In this document: in pieces, positions 1 to 6,590 of the stretch
Layout of the letters: the number at the start of each line of letters is the position of its first letter
Numbering within the stretch: position 1 is the stretch's first letter
From: Chlamydiota bacterium
GTDB lineage: Bacteria > Chlamydiota > Chlamydiia > Chlamydiales > SM23-39
DNA: 12,380 nt
Reading direction: 5' to 3'
NCBI GenBank assembly: GCA_048498835.1
Contig: JBEHXF010000052.1
Location: 1 to 12,380 of the forward strand
Made by a program: the position numbers and the translations under genes
Notes under the pieces: generated by a model
Told to the model about the DNA's origin: nothing
Database searches by the model: none
The model's input: the letters and a program-made list of their open reading frames with translations, nothing else

Positions 1-2
1 TA

Positions 3-170
3 GCGGAGGGATGCCCTCCGCACCACCCAGAGCCCCCTTGTTTTTGCAGCGCAAAAACCCACCACGACTCAAATTTTTTTATCTAAGCGATATCCGTTTA
101 CTAGAATCTTAGGTGGCGCTTGATTAAAAAATTTCCCTCGTGGATTGAGCTGACGCTCAACCGGGGGCTC
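3..170 (+). repeat. Structured palindromic element, copy A (terminal hairpin plus 4-way junction); possible MITE/REP-like element or ncRNA
   Basis: Hairpin GCGGAGGG(3-10)/CCCTCCGC(14-21). Closing stem GAGCCCCC(30-37)/GGGGGCTC(163-170). Inside it: GTTTTTGC(40-47)/GCAAAAAC(51-58), a long imperfect stem from 62-89 to 117-143, and TTGAGC(145-150)/GCTCAA(155-160). Strand is arbitrary, and the element may extend left of the window. Confidence 0.75.
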
Positions 171-186
171 CTGATTACACACTGCT

Positions 187-351
187 GCAGTTCCGACTTG
201 ACCGAAGGGCAAGGCGCAGGCGAAATTTGTTTCCTCAAGCCCTAGCGAGAATCTCGAATCCTTAGAATGGCTTGGAGGAAACTAATTTGGCCGAGAGCTT
301 TTTGCGCAGCAAAAGGGAACTGCTTCTCTTTGGGGTGCGGGGCTTCCCCGC
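187..351 (-). repeat. Structured palindromic element, copy B (inverted, diverged homolog of copy A)
   Basis: In + coordinates: closing stem GCAGTTCC(187-194)/GGAACTGC(316-323), small hairpin 197-213, long stem 219-241/269-292, TTTTGC-GCA-GCAAAA (300-314), and terminal hairpin GCGGGG-CTT-CCCCGC (337-351). Read on the - strand, the modules occur in the same order as in copy A. Confidence 0.75.
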
Positions 352-376
352 CTCTGTGGTTGTTTATCTCTGTGGT
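352..376. repeat. Direct repeat CTCTGTGGT x2 (period 16)
   Basis: CTCTGTGGT at 352-360 and at 368-376. Confidence 0.6.
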
Positions 377-390
377 GAATTTTTTCGAAT

Positions 391-426
391 CGGGCACGGG
401 CACGCACACGGGCGCGGGCACGGCCG
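391..426. repeat. Degenerate hexamer tandem repeat (CGGGCA)x6
   Basis: CGGGCA CGGGCA CGCACA CGGGCG CGGGCA CGGCCG. Confidence 0.85.
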
Positions 427-453
427 CTTCGCGTTCCCTCTATTACTCTTCTG

Positions 454-981
454 TTAGAAGGAGATGCCGTAGGAGAGGGAGGGGATGGGAATGAAGTGGG
501 TGTTGAGGTGAAGCCTGTGGCCATCGAGCCAGATGAGGGGGAAGCCGAGCTTGCCTTCGATGAAATGAAAATGGTTTCGGATACGAAATTGGTAGCCAGT
601 GACTGCTCCTAGAGAGAGGTTGCTGCTTTGGCCGACAGGGTATTTGCCAAAGGTATAGTGGAGGGCTGTGCTAAGACCGAGGTAACTTTCGCTGGAGAGG
701 TTGGGTTTAGGGTAGTAGAGATGAGTGTATTGAAGAGATTGGCTAAAGACATTTGGAGGAAGAGTTGCTTCAGTGAGGGAAGCGTCGCCACCCCAGCGCT
801 CTTTTTGGAAACGGAAGCCGATGGAGAGTTTGGGAATGATGGCAGCAAAGCCGCCAGAGATATACCAATAGCTCGTTTGATTAAAGAGGGGAATAGAGGG
901 ATCGAGATCGGAAAGAGAGGGGACGGTTTGAGCGATGAGATTGGAGGCAATGAGAAGGGAGGCAAGAAATCGAAATTTCAT
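454..981 (-). CDS. Hypothetical exported protein, probable small outer-membrane beta-barrel
   Basis: 175 aa. N-terminal signal-peptide-like MKFRFLASLLIASNLIA, alternating aromatic/Gly strands (LSIGFRF, VTGYQF), and C-terminal beta-signal-like LSYGISF. Starts 8 nt after the gatB stop. Confidence 0.65.
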   Translation of the reverse strand: MKFRFLASLLIASNLIAQTVPSLSDLDPSIPLFNQTSYWYISGGFAAIIPKLSIGFRFQKERWGGDASLTEATLPPNVFSQSLQYTHLYYPKPNLSSESYLGLSTALHYTFGKYPVGQSSNLSLGAVTGYQFRIRNHFHFIEGKLGFPLIWLDGHRLHLNTHFIPIPSLSYGISF

Positions 982-989
982 GCGTTCTT

Positions 990-2456
990 CTAGTTGCTGA
1001 GTTTTTTTCGAAGTAGGTCATTGACCATTTGAGGAGAAGCTTTACCGCGGGACAGTTTCATCGTTTGACCGACGAGGAAAGCAAAGGCTTTGTCACGTCC
1101 GGCTTTAAAGTCGGAAATCGATTGGGGATTTTCTGCGAGCACTTGATCGACGAGTCGCTCGATTTCAGCGAGATTGTCGACGGGCTGATAGTCAGGATTG
1201 CGTTTGACGATCGCTTCAGGATCTAACCCCGGAGAAGAGACCATGTCATCGGCTACAGCTTTTGCGATTTTCCCCGTGATGGCGTTAGAGTCGATGAGTT
1301 GTACGAGTTTGGCTACGTGTGAAGGGTGAATGCCGCTGGTGGTCAGTTTTTTGCCGCTCTCTTTATAACGACCGGCAAATTCGACGGTGATCCAGTTGCA
1401 GAGCGCACGTGGGTTGGTGCAATGCTGCAGGGCGAGCTCGAAATAATCGCAGAGCTGTTTATCGTTGATGAGGCTGTCTGCTGAATAAGGGGTGAGCGCA
1501 AGATCATTGAGGTAGCGCTTGTGCCTATCTTGCGGAAGTTCCGGCAGATGTGTAGCGAGCTCGTCAATGTATTCTTGGGTGAGAACGACCGGTGGGAGAT
1601 CTGGCTCTGGGAAATAGCGGTAGTCGTCGGCGCTCTCTTTGCGGCGCATCAGCACAGTTTCTTTTGTGTCTGGATCCCAGCGGTAAGTACCGGGAGGGAT
1701 GAGCTCTTCCGGAGTGCGATGAGGATGGTCGGTATAGAGAGCGATTTGACGACGCACTTCGGCTTCAATCGCCATTTCTAGGAAGGTAAAGGAATTCATG
1801 TTCTTGATTTCGATGCGGGGACGGAGGTTGGTATCTCCTTTTGGGCGCACAGAAATATTGACGTCGATGCGGAGGCTTCCCTCTTCCATGTTTCCGTCCG
1901 ATGCGTCGAGGTAAAGGACGATCGCCCGAATCGCTTGAGCATAGGCCGAAGCTTCTTTAGCCGAATGCATGCAAGGATCAGAGACGATTTCGATGAGGGG
2001 AGCGCCAGCTCGGTTGTAATCTACACCTGCGAAATTGGTGAAGTGTTTGAGCATCCCGGCATCGTCTTCAAGGTGCGCTCGGTTGATGGTGATGGTTTTC
2101 GGCTCTCCACCTACATCGACCGTAACTTGACCTTCACGGACGATCGGATGGTCGAATTGGGTGATCTGGAAATTGCGCGGACTATCGGGATAAAAGTACG
2201 ATTTTCGATCAAATCGTGAAATGGGAGTGATTTTTCCCTTCACGGCCAGACCGAATTGGACCGCTTTTTTTACTGCTTCTTTATTCAGAACGGGAAGGGC
2301 GCCAGGCTGACCTGTGCAGACGACGGAGATATTCGTGTTGGTTTCGTCGCCGAAGCGGTTTGGGGCTGAGCTAAAGAGTTTCGTCTTGGTATTGAGCTGA
2401 ACGTGAATTTCAAGTCCGATTACCGGTTCCCACATATCGTAGGGTAAATCTCTCAT
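990..2456 (-). CDS. gatB: Asp-tRNA(Asn)/Glu-tRNA(Gln) amidotransferase subunit B
   Basis: Motifs VIGLEIHVQL, FDRKSYFYPD, HLEDDAG, NRAGAPLIEIV, DYRYFPEPDLPP and a C-terminal YqeY-like tail. ATGA overlap with gatA. Confidence 0.99.
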   Translation of the reverse strand: MRDLPYDMWEPVIGLEIHVQLNTKTKLFSSAPNRFGDETNTNISVVCTGQPGALPVLNKEAVKKAVQFGLAVKGKITPISRFDRKSYFYPDSPRNFQITQFDHPIVREGQVTVDVGGEPKTITINRAHLEDDAGMLKHFTNFAGVDYNRAGAPLIEIVSDPCMHSAKEASAYAQAIRAIVLYLDASDGNMEEGSLRIDVNISVRPKGDTNLRPRIEIKNMNSFTFLEMAIEAEVRRQIALYTDHPHRTPEELIPPGTYRWDPDTKETVLMRRKESADDYRYFPEPDLPPVVLTQEYIDELATHLPELPQDRHKRYLNDLALTPYSADSLINDKQLCDYFELALQHCTNPRALCNWITVEFAGRYKESGKKLTTSGIHPSHVAKLVQLIDSNAITGKIAKAVADDMVSSPGLDPEAIVKRNPDYQPVDNLAEIERLVDQVLAENPQSISDFKAGRDKAFAFLVGQTMKLSRGKASPQMVNDLLRKKLSN

Positions 2457-3919
2457 CTATGATCTCCCATATAGCGGTCGGGAATGCGAGCGTGCCGCGT
2501 TGCTTGCTCGAAAGCATAGGCGTATTGGAGGACGGGAACGTCATTCATCTGTGGGCCGAGAATTTGGATACCGAGTGGCATTCCGCGCGAATCGTAACCG
2601 GAGGGAACGCTAATGGCGGGAAGACCGGCCATATTGGCGGGGACCGTAAAGATATCTTGCAGATACATCTCTACAGGATCGTGGATCGAACCCGATTCAA
2701 AGGCGCCGCTTGGAGCGATGGGCATGACAACGGCGTCACATTCACTAAACGACTTTTCAAAGGCTTCGATAATTAGAGTGCGCACTTTTTGAGCTTTTTT
2801 GTAGAAGGCGTCTTGGAAACCGGCAGAGAGAACGTAGGTGCCGAGCATAATCCGTTTTTTTACTTCTCGGCCAAATCCTTGCTGACGAGATTGATCGTAG
2901 AGCTCTTCGAGCGTCTTTGCTTCTTTGGAACGGATTCCATAGCGGATTCCGTCAAAGCGGGCGAGGTTTGTCGAGGCTTCTGCGGTCGCTAGGATGTAGT
3001 AAATTGGAATCGAGTATTTCAAAATGTCGAGATCGATATCGACGGTTTTAGCTCCGAGATCTTTCATCACTTGGATCGCATCGTCGTAATTTTTTCGGAT
3101 CTCTGGTTTGAGATTAGCGATAAAGCTCTGAGGAATGCCAATCTTAATATCTTTGAGGTCTTGGCCTAGTTTGTAATTTTCAGCTGGGAAATCGAGGCTT
3201 GTTGCATCTTTTTCGCAAGGCCGTCCCATCACTTCCATTGCAAGAGCTGCATCTGCGACCGTACTAGTCATAGGACCGATTTGATCGAGGGAAGAGCCAT
3301 AAGCGACGAGGCCGAAGCGGGAGACGCGGCCATAGGTCGGTTTATAGCCTACAATACCGCAGAAACCTGCTGGTTGCCGAATCGATCCGCCTGTATCGGT
3401 GCCTGTTGCGATGAGGGAAAGGCGAGCAGCGATAGCTGCCGCAGAGCCTCCTGAAGAGCCTCCGGGAACACATTTTAAGTTCCAAGGGTTATGGGCAGGA
3501 AAGTAGGCCGAATTTTCGTTGCATGAACCCATGGCGAATTCATCGAGATTGGTTTTACCGATGAGAAGGGCATCTTCTTGTTCAAGGAGTTGAACGGCTG
3601 TCGCTTCAAAAGGAGCTCGGTAGTTGCGCAAGAATTTAGAGCCACAAGTCGTGATTTCCCCCTCGATGTGCATATTATCTTTGATCGCGATCGGGACTCC
3701 AGCAAGCTTGCCGAGCGGCTCGTTATGGGCCCGTTTCCGGTCGAGCTTTTCGGCTTTAAGGAGGGCTCGAGGACCCAGAACGCTGAGGAAAGCTCCTAGT
3801 TCTTGTCCATGGAGATCGATGCGGCTGAGGAAGTGTTGTACGATTTCAACAGCGGTTACTTCGCCTCGGATAAAGGAGTCTCGTAGTTCAATTGCGCTTA
3901 AGGTGTGCCAATGCTTCAT
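2453..3919 (-). CDS. gatA: Asp-tRNA(Asn)/Glu-tRNA(Gln) amidotransferase subunit A
   Basis: Amidase signature IAIKDN, GKTNLDEFAMG, PGGSSGGSAAA and DTGGSIRQPA, plus the GatA-specific NLARFDGIRYG and RIMLGTYVLS. Confidence 0.99.
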   Translation of the reverse strand: MKHWHTLSAIELRDSFIRGEVTAVEIVQHFLSRIDLHGQELGAFLSVLGPRALLKAEKLDRKRAHNEPLGKLAGVPIAIKDNMHIEGEITTCGSKFLRNYRAPFEATAVQLLEQEDALLIGKTNLDEFAMGSCNENSAYFPAHNPWNLKCVPGGSSGGSAAAIAARLSLIATGTDTGGSIRQPAGFCGIVGYKPTYGRVSRFGLVAYGSSLDQIGPMTSTVADAALAMEVMGRPCEKDATSLDFPAENYKLGQDLKDIKIGIPQSFIANLKPEIRKNYDDAIQVMKDLGAKTVDIDLDILKYSIPIYYILATAEASTNLARFDGIRYGIRSKEAKTLEELYDQSRQQGFGREVKKRIMLGTYVLSAGFQDAFYKKAQKVRTLIIEAFEKSFSECDAVVMPIAPSGAFESGSIHDPVEMYLQDIFTVPANMAGLPAISVPSGYDSRGMPLGIQILGPQMNDVPVLQYAYAFEQATRHARIPDRYMGDHR

Positions 3920-4215
3920 CCTTTCATGACGGGCGGAACACGCACCATCCCTCCAATTTGATCGGGGGCGTTATTGAGGAATTTATCTCGGGATAGCAAG
4001 TCTTTCTCTTCGTCTTCGCGGAGCTTCTTTTTAGCCATAGAGGGGATGACGTAGTTGCAGGAGCGGACTCCTTCCGTATTCACTTCGTCCAATTGGCCCA
4101 TGTACTCGAGAATTCTCTGCAGGGAATTGAGGATGTCTTGCTCTTCTTCAGGCGTGCAGTCGATTCTGCAGAGCTTTTTGAGATAGAGAAAGTCTTGGTG
4201 GTTAAATTTGCCCAT
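3916..4215 (-). CDS. gatC: Asp-tRNA(Asn)/Glu-tRNA(Gln) amidotransferase subunit C
   Basis: 99 aa from the ATG at 4215 (MGKFNHQD...), with L..L.RI, IL.Y...L.EV.TEGV, LRED and NAP...GG.VRVP.V. ATGA overlap with gatA. The ORF-track start at 4314 is probably too far upstream. Confidence 0.95.
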   Translation of the reverse strand: MGKFNHQDFLYLKKLCRIDCTPEEEQDILNSLQRILEYMGQLDEVNTEGVRSCNYVIPSMAKKKLREDEEKDLLSRDKFLNNAPDQIGGMVRVPPVMKG

Positions 4216-4291
4216 AAGTATGGTGTAGTTTACTCTAAATCGATGTAAAAGAGAAGAGGAAAGAATTCTAAATAAGGATGATAGGGGGTTT

Positions 4292-4336
4292 GAGTCAGAT
4301 GTCTGACTCGACAAAGATTAAAAAATCCTATAGGAT
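4292..4336 (+). promoter_or_regulatory. Sigma70/sigma66-type promoter of the DUF378 gene, overlapped by two palindromes
   Basis: -35 TCGACA (4308-4313), 17-nt spacer, -10 TAGGAT (4331-4336). Palindromes GAGTCAGA-TG-TCTGACTC (4292-4309) and ATCCTATAGGAT (4325-4336). Shine-Dalgarno (SD) AGGAGG at 4375-4380. Confidence 0.6.
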
Positions 4337-4386
4337 GAGTTTAAACAGGGAAAATAGACCCTGAAAATTTTTTTAGGAGGAATCCC

Positions 4387-4686
4387 ATGAGAGTACTTCG
4401 CTATATTGCGTTGATTTTGATCTTAATTGGAGCTTTAAATTGGGGCCTCGTAGGCTTTTTCCAATATGACCTCATTTCCAACATTTTTGGTGGCATGATG
4501 TCAACGGGAGCTCGCGTGGTTTACAGCTTAGTTGGAATCGCTGGCCTTTTCGGCATTGGCGCATTCCTAATGCATTGCTGTGGTTGTGGTTGCGCTTGCG
4601 GTTGCAACTGCGGTCCTAACTGCGGACCAAATTGCAACTGTGGCGGAAAATGCGGTGGAAACTGCAATTGCCGTCGACGCGACTAA
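4387..4686 (+). CDS. DUF378-family small membrane protein with Cys-rich (metallothionein-like) C-terminal tail
   Basis: DUF378 signature L.LIGALNWGLVGFF.YDL...IFG....AR.VY.LVGIAG. 13 Cys within 32 residues of the tail. Strong SD. Confidence 0.9.
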   Translation: MRVLRYIALILILIGALNWGLVGFFQYDLISNIFGGMMSTGARVVYSLVGIAGLFGIGAFLMHCCGCGCACGCNCGPNCGPNCNCGGKCGGNCNCRRRD

Positions 4687-4696
4687 CTATTTTCTT

Positions 4697-4727
4697 AAGA
4701 GGCGCAAAGTCTTGCGCCTCTTCTCTT
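4697..4727 (+). terminator. Probable intrinsic terminator after the DUF378 gene
   Basis: Perfect 11-bp stem AAGAGGCGCAA(4697-4707)/TTGCGCCTCTT(4712-4722) with loop AGTC, followed by a pyrimidine tract (weak U-run). Confidence 0.7.
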
Positions 4728-4738
4728 ATAGGTAATTC

Positions 4739-5632
4739 ATGCGCATCTTACTCTCAGGTTCCACGGGTTTTGTAGGCTCGGCGGTTTTGTCTTATCTTAG
4801 TCAGAAAGGTCATTCGGTCACTTGCCTAACGAGAGGAAAGGGGAGAGATGATTCCATTTCTTGGAATCCAGAAACGGGCGTTGTAGTCAAAGAGGATTTT
4901 GAGGGGTTCGATGCCGTCATCCATCTCGCTGGCGAATCGATTGCAAGTCGCTGGACAAAGGAGAGAAAAAGACGCATCCTCTCGAGCCGCATCGAAGGAA
5001 CGTCGCTACTCGCTAAAACCTTAGCGCAACTAGCTCGACCGCCTAAAGTCTTCTTGTCTGCATCCGCCATCGGTTTTTATGGAGATCGAGGAGAAGAGCG
5101 GTTGACAGAAGAAAGTAAACAGGGCCGGGGGTTTTTAGCCCAAGTATGCAAAGAATGGGAGAGGGCAAGTGAACCGGTTGAAGAGAGGGGAGTGAGGAGG
5201 ATTTTAACTCGTTTTGGGGTGGTCGTCGGCTCTGGCGGCGCAGTGGCTGCTATGATTCCGGCTTTCAAGCTCGGTCTTGGAGGGCTTTTGGGCTCTGGCG
5301 AGCAATGGATGAGCTGGATTGCGTTAGAGGATCTCGTTCGGGCGATTGATTTTTGTCTGGAAAATGAAGAAATGAGGGGGCCGGTCAATTTGGTTTCGCC
5401 AGAGCCGGTCCGGCAGAGGGAATTTGCGAGAAGCTTAGGCGGTCTAATCGGACGTCCTACCTGGTTTAATCAACCGAGTTGGCTGGTCCGGTTACTCTTT
5501 GGACAAATGGGAGAAGAGACACTTCTGAGTTCTGCATGGGTAGAGCCCACTAAACTGCTCGAGGCAGGATTTCAGTTTCAACGGCCATCTATCCAGGATG
5601 CTTTACAGAAAGCGTTAGAGGGTTTAAATTGA
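4739..5632 (+). CDS. TIGR01777-family NAD-dependent epimerase/oxidoreductase (YfcH-like, DUF1731)
   Basis: Rossmann motif GSTGFVG, then AVIHLAGE, RWT...K..I..SR, SASAIGFYG, FLAQVCKEWE, G.G.QWMSWI and GPVNLVSP. Confidence 0.95.
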   Translation: MRILLSGSTGFVGSAVLSYLSQKGHSVTCLTRGKGRDDSISWNPETGVVVKEDFEGFDAVIHLAGESIASRWTKERKRRILSSRIEGTSLLAKTLAQLARPPKVFLSASAIGFYGDRGEERLTEESKQGRGFLAQVCKEWERASEPVEERGVRRILTRFGVVVGSGGAVAAMIPAFKLGLGGLLGSGEQWMSWIALEDLVRAIDFCLENEEMRGPVNLVSPEPVRQREFARSLGGLIGRPTWFNQPSWLVRLLFGQMGEETLLSSAWVEPTKLLEAGFQFQRPSIQDALQKALEGLN

Positions 5633-5651
5633 TTGTTGATTGAGGTGTTCT

Positions 5652-5825
5652 ATGTTTCCTGTATTCGTTTCTAGCCTAATTGCCATTTCCCCCTTAACAG
5701 TTTCTGACGATATCGATGATCAAGTTGTTCTTTACGATGAAACGACCGTCCTGGAGACGCAAGAGATTATCTTTGAAGACGAACTGGAAGAAACGGCATT
5801 TTTCGATGATGAGGTAGAGGAGTAA
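5652..5825 (+). CDS. Small highly acidic hypothetical protein (57 aa)
   Basis: ATG at 5652 preceded by SD GAGGTG (5642-5647). Fills the gap between the epimerase and the first Yip1 gene. Hydrophobic N-terminus, then 18 D/E and no K/R. Confidence 0.65.
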   Translation: MFPVFVSSLIAISPLTVSDDIDDQVVLYDETTVLETQEIIFEDELEETAFFDDEVEE

Positions 5826-5828
5826 GCA

Positions 5829-6437
5829 ATGGACAAGAAAAACAATCCTTGGATTTCGATGTGGACAAGACCAAAGCCGACCATCCGGTCGATCGTGCAG
5901 GTCAATCCGAATCAAGGACTTTGGCTTCTTGCCAGTCTCTATGCATTAGTTTGCGGCTTCTTTACAGCTAATTTCTATTCTTGGGGACTTAATAACGCTT
6001 TTCTCCCTGTTTTTATCCCCCTGCTCATTCTTTCTCCTTTGTTAGGCTGGGCTTGGTTTTCGTTTGATGCCTGGATTATCCAACAGATTGGAGTCTGGCT
6101 TAAGGGTCGAGCTTCGTTTGTGGCTGTCCGAGCATCTGTCGCCTGGTCAAAGGTGCCCTACCTGCTCTCTTTGTTCATGTGGGCAGTCTTAATTCTGATG
6201 CAACCAGATACGGTTTTCATCCAATACGCATCGGGACCGGTCACCGTTTTTATTTCTCTGATCTCTTTGATCGTCAACATCTGGTCTTTGCTTCTTCTCA
6301 TTGAAGCAGTTCGTGAAGTTCAGTCTTTTTCGATTGGCCGGGCCGTTTGTAACATTTTCTTAAGCTTAATTGCGAATTGGATAATTGTTCTAATTCTAAT
6401 GTTTACAGCTCGTTACGTTTATCTTTTAACTTTTTAA
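5829..6437 (+). CDS. Yip1-family multi-pass membrane protein (paralog 1)
   Basis: NPW..MW.RP..TI..I motif, about 5 hydrophobic segments, G.W..G.ASF..VRA.VAWS..P, and EVQ.FSI.RA. SD GAGGAG at the end of the upstream ORF. Confidence 0.85.
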   Translation: MDKKNNPWISMWTRPKPTIRSIVQVNPNQGLWLLASLYALVCGFFTANFYSWGLNNAFLPVFIPLLILSPLLGWAWFSFDAWIIQQIGVWLKGRASFVAVRASVAWSKVPYLLSLFMWAVLILMQPDTVFIQYASGPVTVFISLISLIVNIWSLLLLIEAVREVQSFSIGRAVCNIFLSLIANWIIVLILMFTARYVYLLTF

Positions 6438-6448
6438 TTCCATTTAGT

Positions 6449-6477
6449 TTGATATTTTAAGTTTTAATTATTAAACT
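6449..6477 (+). promoter_or_regulatory. Sigma70/sigma66-type promoter
   Basis: TTGATA (6449-6454), 17-nt AT-rich spacer, TAAACT (6472-6477). Predicted transcription start at about 6484. Confidence 0.7.
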
Positions 6478-6483
6478 GAAGCC

Positions 6484-6590
6484 AGGGGCGAGTACTTAGA
6501 TGCCATCATCTACTCCGCTGAGCTACAGGTGACAAGGGACGACCCTCTCTTGAAACTAGGTGTAAATGATGGCATTTAAGGACTCGCCCA
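6484..6590 (+). ncRNA. Candidate rod-shaped structured RNA (sRNA or 5' leader), family not recognised
   Basis: 28-position duplex 6486-6513/6562-6589 with 2 mismatches and 1 G-U pair, plus an apical region containing the hairpin AGGG-ACGA-CCCT. The stem base coincides with the predicted transcription start. Confidence 0.7.

Noticed and set aside
3..351. tRNA, CRISPR array or simple terminators as an explanation for the structured region
   Set aside because: There is no T-loop/D-loop consensus and the arms are too long for tRNA. There are no identical direct repeats with spacers. The multi-branch architecture is repeated in inverted orientation, which is more than a terminator requires.
267..524. 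Short ORFs 267-494 (+), 272-457 (+) and 282-524 (-)
   Set aside because: They run through the palindromic element and the hexamer repeat (giving GTGTHTGAGT, GHGHAHGRGHG and RARARVRAR). Stop-free repeats produce such frames, and none resembles a protein family.
609..3929. Antisense and alternate-frame ORFs within the OMP gene and gatB/gatA (e.g. 628-993, 1935-2219, 2459-2776, 3624-3929)
   Set aside because: These are shadow ORFs of longer, better-supported genes, with no motifs or independent translation signals.
4216..4314. N-terminal extension of gatC in the ORF track
   Set aside because: GatC similarity begins at Met 4215. The extension starts at a non-ATG codon and crosses the divergent promoter region.
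4346..4363. Small hairpin CAGGG/CCCTG in the DUF378 leader
   Set aside because: It is only 5 bp and does not cover the SD, so it could easily arise by chance.
4739..5632. 'Cell division inhibitor SulA' label often attached to this family
   Set aside because: The sequence is an SDR-type Rossmann-fold TIGR01777 protein and shows no resemblance to SOS SulA, so that label is unsupported here.
6484..6590. SRP (4.5S) RNA, SAM or other riboswitch, or canonical 6S RNA
   Set aside because: It lacks the SRP domain IV motif (CAGG...GGAA...AGCAGC) and the SAM-I core (AUC.AGAG...GCAACC...GUGC). It is shorter than typical ~180-nt 6S RNAs and has no clear central bubble flanked by two long stems. Left unassigned.
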